From: Candidatus Pyrohabitans jungbluthii
GTDB lineage: Archaea; Hydrothermarchaeota; Hydrothermarchaeia; Hydrothermarchaeales; BMS3B
NCBI GenBank assembly: GCA_002010065.2
Contig: MTMD02000002.1
Span: 224,001 to 288,000 of the forward strand
Reading direction: 5' to 3'
DNA length: 64,000 bases
In this document: one piece after another, positions 28,993 to 38,590 of the stretch
Position numbering within the stretch: the first letter of the stretch is position 1
How the letters are laid out: each line of letters opens with the position of its first letter
Notes under the pieces: generated by a model
Databases searched by the model: none
Seen by the model: only the letters and a program-made list of their open reading frames with translations
Told to the model about the DNA's origin: nothing
Program-made: the position numbers and the translations under genes

Positions 28993-30087
28993 TTAACCAA
29001 GGCGCGTCGCCGGAATAACGCCTGCGCGCAGGGCGTGGTCGGCTAAGGTTAAAGCGAGCATCGCCTCGCAAACCGGCACCACGCGTGGCACTATGCACGG
29101 ATCGTGTCTGCCCTTGACGCTTATGGTGGTTTCCTTAAGCTCCTTTAAATCCACGGTGCGCTGCTCCTTTGCTATGCTTGAGGTGGGCTTCACAGCAACT
29201 CGAGCTACGATAGGCATGCCCGTGGAGATTCCGCCTAGCACGCCACCCGCGTTGTTGCTCCTGCTCTTTATCTTCCCCGCCTCCACGTAAAACTCATCGT
29301 TGTTTTCAGAGCCTCTAAGTCTAGCTGCAGCAAAGCCGGAGCCTATCTCGACGCCCTTCACGGCACCTATGCTCATTAGCGCCTTTGCTATGTCCGCATC
29401 CAGCTTGTCAAACACAGGTTCGCCCAGTCCAGGAGGCACATTCAAAGCTATAACCTCCACCACACCGCCAACGGAGTCGCCCTCACGCTTTGCCTCCAGT
29501 ATCTTCTCCTCCATCTCTTTGGCTTTGGCTAAGTCTGCGCACCTCACGCTGTTTCTCTCTGGATTTTTCCGAATGTCTTCAATGCTTACCTCTCCTGCTC
29601 GCACTCCAGCGATTTCCACTGTATGCGCGAGTATCTCAACACCTATGGTGGCGAGGAGCTTCTTGGCTATTGCTCCGGCTGCAACCCTTGCTAGGGTCTC
29701 CCGTCCTGAAGCCCTGCCCCCTCCGCGGTGGTCACGGTGCCCGTATTTCAGGAAATACGTCAGGTCAGCATGCCCTGGGCGGGGCTTGAACCTAAGTTCT
29801 TCATAGGCTGAGGAGTCGTACTCGCGGTTGTACACCACCATCGCTATTGGCATGCCGGTGGTTTTCCCCTCGTATACGCCAGAGAGAATCTCCACCCGGT
29901 CCTCCTCCCTTCTCTGTGTGGTAACGGCGCTCTGTCCCGGCTTTCGCCTATCAAGTTCGCGCTGTATGTCTGCTTCGCTAAGCTCAAGCATCGCGGGGCA
30001 GCCGTCCACTATAACACCCACCGCCCTGCCGTGGCTCTCGCCAAAGGTGGTCACCCTGAAAGCCTTGCCGAAGGTATTTCCAGGCAT
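28993..30087 (-). CDS. aroC: Chorismate synthase
   Basis: [41 protein letters not shown]. Confidence 0.97.
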   Translation of the reverse strand: MPGNTFGKAFRVTTFGESHGRAVGVIVDGCPAMLELSEADIQRELDRRKPGQSAVTTQRREEDRVEILSGVYEGKTTGMPIAMVVYNREYDSSAYEELRFKPRPGHADLTYFLKYGHRDHRGGGRASGRETLARVAAGAIAKKLLATIGVEILAHTVEIAGVRAGEVSIEDIRKNPERNSVRCADLAKAKEMEEKILEAKREGDSVGGVVEVIALNVPPGLGEPVFDKLDADIAKALMSIGAVKGVEIGSGFAAARLRGSENNDEFYVEAGKIKSRSNNAGGVLGGISTGMPIVARVAVKPTSSIAKEQRTVDLKELKETTISVKGRHDPCIVPRVVPVCEAMLALTLADHALRAGVIPATRLG

Positions 30088-30122
30088 GTTAATCCTTCTC
30101 CTTCGCAGCCTTTTATATGTTT

Positions 30123-30242
30123 GCGCAACCACAGTTGGTTGCATCCACATAATGTGGTATCTTCGATACCACTTTGAAGCAAGGAAAATAGCGGTATCGA
30201 GAGATACCGCAATATGTCGACCCAACCGACTGCGGTTGGCGC
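30123..30242. repeat. Inverted doublet of paired hairpins (four stems) between divergent promoters
   Basis: Perfect stems at 30125-30142, 30154-30172, 30191-30210 and 30222-30239. The left half is an approximate reverse complement of the right half. Confidence 0.85.
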
Positions 30243-30280
30243 TGCAAAAATTTATATCCCTGCAAGGCTATTTCTTTGCT

Positions 30281-30418
30281 ATGCCTACATGCGAAATATG
30301 CGGCGAGGAAGTGGAGGAGATTTACGTCTGCAAGATATGCGGCTACAATTTCTGCGCCAACTGCGGCGATCCTGCCAGCGAGGAATGTGAGTTCTGCGAG
30401 GAGGAGGATGAACTTTAG
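30281..30418 (+). CDS. Small Cys-rich zinc-finger protein (45 aa)
   Basis: MPTCEIC..CKICG..CANC..CEFC with acidic tail. TTTATAT about 25-30 nt upstream. Confidence 0.75.
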   Translation: MPTCEICGEEVEEIYVCKICGYNFCANCGDPASEECEFCEEEDEL

Positions 30419-31560
30419 CTATTTTTAATCAGCCCTCTTACCACTTCCAAGAGCACCTCGTAGGGTGCGTCTGTTCTCACGCCAGTAGCTGAGATGTGTG
30501 TTCTTGTCGCACTGTAACCTCGTCGGTGAAGCTCTTCCAGGATTTTTTCCATCGTGGGCAATTCGTGCAGCGAAAGGCGCCTTGCTAAGCGGTGAAGGTC
30601 GTAGAAAAAGGGCACCTCAAGCTCATCTGCTATTGTTACAAGCACCTTCTGGGTTCGCCTGTCTTCCAGGTAGGCTGCCTCCTCCGCCGCCTTTCTTGCG
30701 AGGGAAGCATCCTTAAGTTCCCCCAGCCACATCGCACCAGCTATGGAATAGCTCTCGCCGCATACGCATTTTTTCTGCGAAGGCAAAGACGAAAGCTCAA
30801 CCTCGCGCCTGCCACAAGAGGTGCAGTAGTGGAGGTAGCCCAGCTTCGCCAGCGCCTCGTCGGCTCGCCTTCTACCGGAGCGAAGCGCTACGATGGCGCG
30901 AAAGTAGTGGTCTGTAGCGTGGGAGAGAAGCACTCGTGTGCCTCGGCGCAGCTTAGCTGCTTCGCGCGCTATGGCTGCGATGAGTATGCGCAGCCCCACC
31001 TCCTTGCATAGTTCACCTCTAATTGGAATGGAGAAGTACTTTCTGAAGCACGCCTTCGGGTAAACACCGCACAGTGGCGCTGTATCTGTGGCGGTAACCG
31101 CTAGGTAGCCCCGAGGAGGAAGCGCAAGGATGGCATTGTGTAGGAAGGGCACTGGCGTACCAAAGGGGTCGATGTCTATGAAGTTGAAGCTCCCGCGGTG
31201 AGAGACAAGAAAGAGGTTCGCCTCGCTTTGCGATACGCCAACGCTGAGCTGGTTTAGCTGTGCATTTTTCTTTATAAGCTCTACGGCGCTCTCGCTCCCG
31301 TCGTTGAGGTGCACCTCCGCCTTAGCTTCCTTAGCTATGCGCAGCCCCTTCGCACCGCTGGCAGCGAGAAGGTCCAGAAATTGAATGCTCTCCCCACCTG
31401 CGAGAAGCGCTCTAACTAAGGCGCAGGTTATATCGCGATTGAGCTTCATCCTGGGGTTGAAAAAAACTGGAGGGAGAGCCTTCTTTATCTCCTGGGGCGA
31501 GGCAAGGCTGCGCTCTGGTACGAGCAGCCTTGTGCTCCCCTCGACAATCTCGGCGAACAT
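30415..31560 (-). CDS. trm1: tRNA (guanine26-N2)-dimethyltransferase
   Basis: VFFNPRMKLNRD, IDIDPFGTP, TATDTAPLCG, EVGLRIL, TRTH. Confidence 0.95.
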   Translation of the reverse strand: MFAEIVEGSTRLLVPERSLASPQEIKKALPPVFFNPRMKLNRDITCALVRALLAGGESIQFLDLLAASGAKGLRIAKEAKAEVHLNDGSESAVELIKKNAQLNQLSVGVSQSEANLFLVSHRGSFNFIDIDPFGTPVPFLHNAILALPPRGYLAVTATDTAPLCGVYPKACFRKYFSIPIRGELCKEVGLRILIAAIAREAAKLRRGTRVLLSHATDHYFRAIVALRSGRRRADEALAKLGYLHYCTSCGRREVELSSLPSQKKCVCGESYSIAGAMWLGELKDASLARKAAEEAAYLEDRRTQKVLVTIADELEVPFFYDLHRLARRLSLHELPTMEKILEELHRRGYSATRTHISATGVRTDAPYEVLLEVVRGLIKNS

Positions 31561-31562
31561 GC

Positions 31563-32546
31563 TCAGAGCTTCATCATCTCTCTAAGTTTGCGCCCAACCT
31601 CCTCGATTGGATGCTCCTTCTCCTTTGCGCGGAGGCTGTTGAGCACAGGTAAGCCGGCGCGGTTCTCCAGAATCCATTCCCTCGCGAACTCTCCGCTCTG
31701 AATCTCCCGAAGAATCTTTTTCATCTCCTGCTTTACTTCGGGCTTTATTATGCGCTTGCCGCGGGTACGCCCGCCGTACTCTGCAGTGTTGGAAACGCGG
31801 CGCCACATACCCTCGATGCCCTCGCGGTAGTACAGGTCGACGATGAGCTTGAGCTCGTGCAGACACTCAAAGTACGCCACCTCGGGCTGGTAGCCCGCTT
31901 CCACAAGCGTCTCGAATGCGGCTTTGACTAGCTCGGCACTCCCTCCGCACAGATCAACCTGCTCCCCGAACAGGTCCGTCTCTGTCTCCTCCGCAAAGGT
32001 AGTCTCAAGTACGCCAACGCGGGTTGCACCGTTTGCTTTGGCAAGGGCAAGGGCGCGCTCCTTAGCTTTGCCGGTGTAGTCCTGCTCCACCGCAATGAGC
32101 GCCGGCACGCCCGAGCCGCGTTCATACTCCCGCCTCACCATGGCTCCTGGCCCCTTGGGAGCCATCATTATCACATCCACATTGCTGGGCGGCACAATTT
32201 GCGAGAAGCGGATGTTGAAGCCGTGGGAGAAGCTCAGGGCATTGCCCTCCTCAAGGTTGGCATGAATGTACTTCCTGTAAACCTCGGGCTGAGCTTCGTC
32301 GGGGATGAGCATGTGCACAATTGTGCCCCGCTTGGCGGCTTCATCTATTGGCAAAACCTCAAAGCCGTCGCGGGACGCGCGCTCCCAGGATGCGCCACCT
32401 TCACGCAGGCCAAGAACAACCTCCAAACCCGAGTCGCGAAAGTTCTGCGCCTGCGCGGAGCCCTGAATCCCGTAACCTATAACAGCAATGGTCTCGCCTT
32501 TCAAAACATCAAGGTCTACATCCTTGTCATAGTATATCCTCGCCAA
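31563..32546 (-). CDS. ilvC: Ketol-acid reductoisomerase
   Basis: [40 protein letters not shown]. Confidence 0.97.
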   Translation of the reverse strand: MARIYYDKDVDLDVLKGETIAVIGYGIQGSAQAQNFRDSGLEVVLGLREGGASWERASRDGFEVLPIDEAAKRGTIVHMLIPDEAQPEVYRKYIHANLEEGNALSFSHGFNIRFSQIVPPSNVDVIMMAPKGPGAMVRREYERGSGVPALIAVEQDYTGKAKERALALAKANGATRVGVLETTFAEETETDLFGEQVDLCGGSAELVKAAFETLVEAGYQPEVAYFECLHELKLIVDLYYREGIEGMWRRVSNTAEYGGRTRGKRIIKPEVKQEMKKILREIQSGEFAREWILENRAGLPVLNSLRAKEKEHPIEEVGRKLREMMKL

Positions 32547-32595
32547 TCATATCACCTCGAAGTGTAATCGCTCTAAAAATATTTAAATAATTCGT

Positions 32596-32754
32596 CGAAA
32601 TAGGGGAGCCTTCCCCTCCCCTATCACCCCTTCCGTACCGAAATAGGGGCGCTGCACCCCCTATTACCCCATCCGAACCAAATAGGGGCAACATACCCCT
32701 CAGCAATCTCGAAAAGACTGCAGAGAGCTGCGAGACCTCCTGCCACTACAGATT
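32596..32754 (-). repeat. Dispersed intergenic repeat, modules B then A (three A units) on the minus strand
   Basis: AAATAGGGG unit starts at 32598, 32641 and 32680. B core 32720-32754 matches 15852-15886 in reverse complement. Confidence 0.88.
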
Positions 32755-32785
32755 GAATAATTGCTTGTGGGTTTTAAATATAAGG

Positions 32786-32902
32786 TCACTTTAAACTTCG
32801 CTTACTCCCCACCCCCAAGAGGCGCTCTACCTCTTCCTGTATAACCTGTTTGCGCAGCTCAATCTCCAGCCACTTCTCAGCGAGACTCTCCTCTCTCCTC
32901 AT
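32786..32902 (-). CDS. Putative small protein (38 aa)
   Basis: MRREESLAEKWLEIELRKQVIQEEVERLLGVGSKRSLK. TTTATATA (32932-32925) about 25 nt upstream; host-like GAG/AAG codons. Confidence 0.55.
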   Translation of the reverse strand: MRREESLAEKWLEIELRKQVIQEEVERLLGVGSKRSLK

Positions 32903-33005
32903 CGCAACTAGTTTCCTCTCATGCTATATAAACCTTTCTATTGTGAAGTGTTACTTTCAGCGATAATAGCAATTGGTTATATACATGAAATTTATTTCAC
33001 ATAAA

Positions 33006-33284
33006 ATGGTGAGCGAAGACATCTTCAGACTCCTAGGAAAGAAGGGTGTAATTGAACTCTTGGACAGTCTCGAAGGTAAGAAGTTGAAGTACAAGGAGCT
33101 TGAGAAAATTATAGGAAACCCATCAACCACCGCGAGGAGGCTTAAGAGTCTCGAGGAATACGGGCTTATCAAGAGGGAGGTCTCCTCTGAGAAGTACCGT
33201 CCTGTTTACTACTCTCTGACAAAAAAGGGTAGAAGGCTTCTTTTTGTTGTGAGAGAGGTAAGAGAGCAGTACGGTGAAACCTAA
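33006..33284 (+). CDS. HxlR-family winged-helix transcriptional regulator
   Basis: LLGKKG..KYKEL..NPSTTARRLKSLEEYGLIKR..VYYSLTKKG. Confidence 0.88.
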   Translation: MVSEDIFRLLGKKGVIELLDSLEGKKLKYKELEKIIGNPSTTARRLKSLEEYGLIKREVSSEKYRPVYYSLTKKGRRLLFVVREVREQYGET

Positions 33285-33321
33285 GCCAACCTATAAATAT
33301 GAGGGAAAATTTAATTAGATT

Positions 33322-34143
33322 TTGATAACAATGCCCGCCGTAAGTGTGGTAAGGGACTCAAAGCCGAATGTCAAGCGAGCTCTGGAGTACATTGGCTTTG
33401 AACCGAAAGAATGCGAGGTCTTGGTTATAAAGCCTCACCTGTGCAGCGATAAGCCTTGGTATACTGGCGCCACCACTGACCCGAGAATCCTCGAGCAGCT
33501 TTTCAAGCTTTATGAGGGCCTCGCAGAGGAAATTTACGTTGTTGAAAGCGACGGCTACTCAGGAAGCGCTGACGAGGCTGCAAAGGCTCTGGGAATTAAG
33601 GAGCTATGCGAGTTTTACGGCGCCAAATGGGTTAACTTGTCGCGGGACATCCTCATACCTGTGGAGAGGGACTACCTCGCCCTGGAGAATCCCTTCCCCA
33701 CACCGCGCACTGTGCTGAAGGCTGACGTTATCATCAACGTGCCCAAGATGAAAACCCACAGCTTAATGACGGTCAGCCTTGGACTGGCGAATATGTTCAG
33801 AATAGTGCCCCGCAGGAAGGAGATATACTACCCGAAAATCTCAGAGGCGATATGCGATGTGCTCATGATTCGCTCTCCTGATTTGACTATCCTTGACGCC
33901 GGCATAGCCATGGAGGGGGATGGACCCCTCAAAGGCACACCCAAGCGCATGGGGCTGACGCTGGCGAGTCGTGACCCCGTAGCTCTCGACACCATAGCCT
34001 GCAGAATAATGGGGATTAACCCCATACACGTGGAGCACATAGTCAAAGCTGGCTATTACGGCTTTGGTGAGTATGCAGAAAAGCGCATCTCAGTGCGCGG
34101 CGAGAGCATTGAAAACATCAGGGAGAGGTTCCAGGTACCCTAA
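33322..34143 (+). CDS. DUF362 domain-containing protein
   Basis: VIKPHL, ATTDP, INVPKMKTH, MEGDGP, DPVALD. Confidence 0.85.
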   Translation: MITMPAVSVVRDSKPNVKRALEYIGFEPKECEVLVIKPHLCSDKPWYTGATTDPRILEQLFKLYEGLAEEIYVVESDGYSGSADEAAKALGIKELCEFYGAKWVNLSRDILIPVERDYLALENPFPTPRTVLKADVIINVPKMKTHSLMTVSLGLANMFRIVPRRKEIYYPKISEAICDVLMIRSPDLTILDAGIAMEGDGPLKGTPKRMGLTLASRDPVALDTIACRIMGINPIHVEHIVKAGYYGFGEYAEKRISVRGESIENIRERFQVP

Positions 34144-36815
34144 ACCTCCACCAGCGCCACCACCTGCGGGAGCTCAGGTATAGCCACGCTCTCTACCTCT
34201 GCCCCGGCGAGGGATATTGCTTTTCTCACCTCTTTTATATGCTCTTCTCTGAGCTCGTAACTTTTCCCTTCTAAGCTGAAGCGGTGCACACCTTCGTTCG
34301 CGATATCACGTGCCACAGCTTCAGCGTTGGAGCGCATGTATGCTACGACCTTGCTGGCATCGCCCTTAAACTCGGGGCCCAGCGAAGCGAAGTTGGGCAC
34401 AACCTCCACAACGCGCTCCTCTGCTGCTAAAGGCTCAGAGGTTATCTCCACTCGCTCAACCTGCAGCGTACCCTCTATCGTATCGACGCCCCGCTTCAGG
34501 GCTTCTGCAATCTCCTTAGGAGCGCTCACGGTGAGCGCCTTGAGCGGAGCATTGAGTGCCATTCCGCGCTCGGCCTTAAAGCGGCGCACCGCAGCTACGA
34601 GAGCTACGACGTAGCTCGCCTCCTTCTCCAGGGCGGGGCGTATTAAATCGCGGCGTGGCTTGGGCCAGGTATCCACATGGATGCTGGACTGTGGCTCGCG
34701 CTTGACGTAGTAGCTCTGGTATATCTCCTCGGTTATGTGCGGAGCAAATGGGGCGAGGAGTTTGAGAGAGATGAGGAGCACCTTATACAGCGCGTACTGC
34801 GCACTTCGCTTCGCTTCCTCGCCGTACTTCTCTGGGTTGTAGAGCCTCGCCTTGACCATCTCAAGGTAATTATCGCAGAAGTCCGAGAGGAAGAAGTTGA
34901 CCACCGCCTTCTTTGCTTTGGAGTAGCGGTACTCCTCAAAGTAAGAGGTGCACTTCTCCACTAAGCGGTAAGCCTTCGAGAGTATCCAGGCATCTATGAG
35001 GTTTAACTCCTCCGGCTTCTCGCCGTGGTAGTCCTGGAGGTGGGTCAAAGCGAAGCGCGAGGCGTTCCACAGCTTGTTCAGGAAGCGCTGCGCTGTTACG
35101 AGGTCCTTCTCCTTGAAGGGCAGGTCCTCGCCCAGCTTGCTCTCCGCCGCCCACAAGCGCAAAGCGTCGGCACTGTACTTTTGAAGCACATACTGGGGCT
35201 CTATGACATTGCCCTTGCTCTTGCTCATCTTCCTGCCCTGCGGGTCCAGAGCCCAGCCGCTTATCATGGCGTTGTACCAGGGTATCTCTCCGCGATGGAG
35301 CAAGCCTTTAACCACAGTGTTGAAGAGCCAGAAGGTGATTATGTCATGCGCCTGCGGGCGGAGAGACATGGGGTAGAGCTTCTTCCGCACCTCTTCGTCG
35401 TCGATTAGCTCCGCTGCTATAATCGGGGTAAGTGAGCTTGTAGCCCACGTATCGAGTACATCTCGCTCGGGCACGTACTCTTCGCTGCCGCAGCGCGGGC
35501 ACGGCGTTGGGGGTGCATCCAAGAGGGGATCAACTGGCAAATCCTCCTCCCTCGCGAGGATAACCTCGCCACAGGCTTTGCAGTACCACACCGGGAAGGG
35601 GACGCCGAAGTAGCGCTGGCGGGAGATGCACCAGTCCCAGCGCAGCCCATCAATCCAGTTCTCGTAGCGGGAGCGCATATGCTCCGGATGCCACTTTATC
35701 CTCCTGCCAGCCTCGCGGAGCTGCTCCTTCATGTCAAGATAACGTATAAACCACTGCTTGGTGTTCAGAATCTCTATCTCAGTACCGCAGCGCTCATGCA
35801 CATTCACCACGTGGGTAATCTTCCTTGACCTGACCAGCAAACCTTTCTCCTTGAGGTCTTCAATAATCCTCGCGCGCGCCTCCTTAACGGTCATGCCCTT
35901 GTACTTCCCAGCCAGCGCCGTCATCCGCCCGTCTTTGGTTATCGCCACCTTAAGCGGAAGGTTGTGCTCCATGTACCACTCTATGTCCTGCATATCGCCG
36001 AAGGTGCAGCACATCACTATGCCCGTGCCCTTCTCGGGGTTTACGCGGGGGTCTGGCTTTATCTCCACCCAGTGTTCAAAGATGGGCACCTGGGCGCGTT
36101 TGCCAAATAGGTGCTTGTACCGCTCGTCTTCGGGATGGGCGAATATGGCGACGCACGCCGGGAGAAGCTCAGGGCGTGTGGTGGCGATTACCACCTCGCC
36201 TCCGTCTTCCAGCTTGAAGATTATGTCGTTAAAGCTGCTCTCCACCTCGCGGTCTTCGAGCTCAACCTGAGCAATGGCGGTCTCGCAGTTGGGGCACCAG
36301 ATAAAAGGCGTCTCCTTACGGTACTCCCTTCCCATCTTGTAAAGCTCAATGAAGGAGCGCTGGGAAATTCGCCTGCAGTGCTCGTCAATGGTGGAGTACG
36401 CAAGCGTCCAATCCACGCTTATCCCTATGCGCTTCCAGTCTGCCACAAACTCCGGTCTAATCTTCTCAAGGGTGCTCAAACACAGGTTTATAAAGTCATC
36501 CCGCTTCATTTCCTTGGCGCGGACATTGTTCAGCTTCTCCACCAGGCGCTCCGTGGGTAAGCCGTTGTCGTCAGTGCCAAAGGGATAAAAAAGGTTGTAC
36601 CCGCGCATCCTCCAGAAGCGGGCAATAAAATCCATCTGCGAGTAAGAGAAAGCGTGACCAAGGTGCATGCGACCGCTTACCGTGGGTGGAGGGGTGTCGA
36701 TCGAGTAGATGGGCTTCTCGCTTTTAGGGTCGAAGCGGTAAACGCCAAGCTCCTCCCACCTGCGCTGCCACTTGGGCTCAATCTCTTTGGGGTCATAATT
36801 TTTTGGAAGCATCAC
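34140..36815 (-). CDS. valS: Valine--tRNA ligase
   Basis: IDTPPPTVSG.MHLGH, DWCISRQRYFG, KMSKSKGN, archaeal-type C-terminus. Confidence 0.96.
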   Translation of the reverse strand: MMLPKNYDPKEIEPKWQRRWEELGVYRFDPKSEKPIYSIDTPPPTVSGRMHLGHAFSYSQMDFIARFWRMRGYNLFYPFGTDDNGLPTERLVEKLNNVRAKEMKRDDFINLCLSTLEKIRPEFVADWKRIGISVDWTLAYSTIDEHCRRISQRSFIELYKMGREYRKETPFIWCPNCETAIAQVELEDREVESSFNDIIFKLEDGGEVVIATTRPELLPACVAIFAHPEDERYKHLFGKRAQVPIFEHWVEIKPDPRVNPEKGTGIVMCCTFGDMQDIEWYMEHNLPLKVAITKDGRMTALAGKYKGMTVKEARARIIEDLKEKGLLVRSRKITHVVNVHERCGTEIEILNTKQWFIRYLDMKEQLREAGRRIKWHPEHMRSRYENWIDGLRWDWCISRQRYFGVPFPVWYCKACGEVILAREEDLPVDPLLDAPPTPCPRCGSEEYVPERDVLDTWATSSLTPIIAAELIDDEEVRKKLYPMSLRPQAHDIITFWLFNTVVKGLLHRGEIPWYNAMISGWALDPQGRKMSKSKGNVIEPQYVLQKYSADALRLWAAESKLGEDLPFKEKDLVTAQRFLNKLWNASRFALTHLQDYHGEKPEELNLIDAWILSKAYRLVEKCTSYFEEYRYSKAKKAVVNFFLSDFCDNYLEMVKARLYNPEKYGEEAKRSAQYALYKVLLISLKLLAPFAPHITEEIYQSYYVKREPQSSIHVDTWPKPRRDLIRPALEKEASYVVALVAAVRRFKAERGMALNAPLKALTVSAPKEIAEALKRGVDTIEGTLQVERVEITSEPLAAEERVVEVVPNFASLGPEFKGDASKVVAYMRSNAEAVARDIANEGVHRFSLEGKSYELREEHIKEVRKAISLAGAEVESVAIPELPQVVALVEV

Positions 36816-37603
36816 CGCACCTCTTGCGTGCTTACCTCTATCTCTTTGTCAACCACAATGCGCATAAAATCCCTGGCAGCTATGGTTTTAACGCCAGTTT
36901 TTTTGGTAACGTGCTTAGCTTCTCTCTCTGCAATGCCAATCATCGTCATGCCGAAATGGTTCAGTATAGCAAGCTCAGGCTTTACCTCATGCAGAATTTT
37001 TATAACGTCCTCTGTGCATAGATGCCATGGGATTCTCTTATTAGCCGGGCGAATCACGTTTATTATCAAAACCCGAGCATCCGCATAGTTAGCTTCCAAG
37101 CCCGGGAAGTATTCGGTGTCGCTGGTGTACGCTACTATACCCTCCTCGAAGGCAAAGCTCAGCCCCACGTTGGTGGGGTCGCTGTGCTTTGTGGGCAGAG
37201 CCTTGACTCGAAGCCCGTCCACGCTCGCATGCATTCCCGGTTCAAGCGTCACAAGCTTAGCCACTTTAGATGCGTGGTACTGGGAGAGCACCGGCCCAAT
37301 ATCTTTAACGCCCACAACGGCACTCTTGCTTCCTGCGAATACCCCTCGCGTGGTTCGCATGCCGCGGGTCATGGCTTCGACCATAATCTCAGCGTCATTG
37401 TAATGGTCGGGATGCGAATGGGTGACGAAGACAGCATCGGTGCGAAGAGCGTTTATCCCCGCTAACGCAAGGTTAACTATCGCCCCAGGCCCAGGATCCA
37501 CGTGCACCCGCTTTTCTGCGTGGAGCCTTATTCCGCCTGTGCGCAACTTTTGGGTCAGGGTGGTCCAGCGCCCCCCGCCGGAGCCAAGGAATATTATCTC
37601 CAT
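36812..37603 (-). CDS. MBL-fold metallo-hydrolase
   Basis: FLGSGGGR, VDPGPG, THSHPDHYND, SDT, HFG. Confidence 0.88.
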   Translation of the reverse strand: MEIIFLGSGGGRWTTLTQKLRTGGIRLHAEKRVHVDPGPGAIVNLALAGINALRTDAVFVTHSHPDHYNDAEIMVEAMTRGMRTTRGVFAGSKSAVVGVKDIGPVLSQYHASKVAKLVTLEPGMHASVDGLRVKALPTKHSDPTNVGLSFAFEEGIVAYTSDTEYFPGLEANYADARVLIINVIRPANKRIPWHLCTEDVIKILHEVKPELAILNHFGMTMIGIAEREAKHVTKKTGVKTIAARDFMRIVVDKEIEVSTQEVR

Positions 37604-37624
37604 GAGAAAAGAAAGAGCTTTGGC

Positions 37625-38512
37625 TCAGATAAACTTTTTTGCCCTCTCAATAAGCCAGGCTGCGTCTCCGCGCACATTCTCTTTTTCATGGGTGAGCAGC
37701 TTCTCAAACGCCTTGCCAAGCTTCTCAAGCATCTCAGGCTTGGCCTTAAAAAGCTCTTCCAGGGCGAGCATTGCACCAATCTTAACCCGCATGTTCTGAT
37801 CCGCTATCAGATCCACGAGCACCTCGGCTATGCCCTCTTCGCGGACAGCCCACTCCCCAGCCTTTTCCGCCAGCCCCTTCTCCAGCATGTGCCTCACAAC
37901 TTCCCTCTGCCTACCTTTATCCACCACAGCCTCTATCGCATCCACTATTTCCTCGAGAGATGTCTCCCCCTCAAGCTTCAGCTTGCCATCCACAACAAGC
38001 GTCGGCGTGGCTGTGACCTCATACTCCTCCCGCAGCCTTTCCTCTGCAAGCGCATCCACTACCACGCTTTTTATCCAGTCTTCGCAAAGCGCAAGCAGAT
38101 TGCAGCGTTTAACAACCTTTGCACAGTGGGGGCAAACGCTGGTGATAAAGATTAGGAGCTCCACCTCCCGCTCAGGGTTTAAGAGCTTCAACCCCACTTC
38201 GGGCAGGCTCTCTCCATTTGCCGCCGCCTTTAAGGTTTCAAGAAATGGCTTCAGCTCCTTTCCCGTGGGAAGCGTTCGATACACCACCGCCTTCCTGCCT
38301 GCCTTCTCAATTGCCAGCGCTGGAGCGTGCGCTGAACTTTTCTCAACCTTCAGCTTTATTCTATCGCTCAGATTAGCCAGCGTCCGGGCAAATTCCTCCA
38401 TCTCGCTCTCAAGCTTCTCATCCCCATCCTTAAGGAGCACTAGGCTTACGCTGCCCTCTAATGAACGAAGCTCCCTCTCCGCTCTCCTCAGCTCAAGACC
38501 ACTCAGCGCCAT
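37625..38512 (-). CDS. Thioredoxin-fold protein-disulfide oxidoreductase with C-terminal HEAT-like repeats
   Basis: PTGKELKPF, CPHC, ATPTLVV, followed by MRVKIGA and ENVRGDAAW helical repeats. Confidence 0.75.
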   Translation of the reverse strand: MALSGLELRRAERELRSLEGSVSLVLLKDGDEKLESEMEEFARTLANLSDRIKLKVEKSSAHAPALAIEKAGRKAVVYRTLPTGKELKPFLETLKAAANGESLPEVGLKLLNPEREVELLIFITSVCPHCAKVVKRCNLLALCEDWIKSVVVDALAEERLREEYEVTATPTLVVDGKLKLEGETSLEEIVDAIEAVVDKGRQREVVRHMLEKGLAEKAGEWAVREEGIAEVLVDLIADQNMRVKIGAMLALEELFKAKPEMLEKLGKAFEKLLTHEKENVRGDAAWLIERAKKFI

Positions 38513-38590
38513 ACCAAGACCTCTTCACAAAAGTTTTAGACGGGAAGGTTTGTAACAAGAACAACATTAACCTTTAGAGAGGTGTTACGA

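Noticed and set aside
30088-30225. N-terminal extension of aroC
   Set aside because: It runs through the hairpin doublet; the conserved AroC start MPGNTFG has its own RBS and TATA.
32596-32700. Possible CRISPR mini-array
   Set aside because: Units are degenerate, the variable part is only about 10 nt inside a hairpin, there are no 30-40 nt unique spacers, and no cas genes are in the window.
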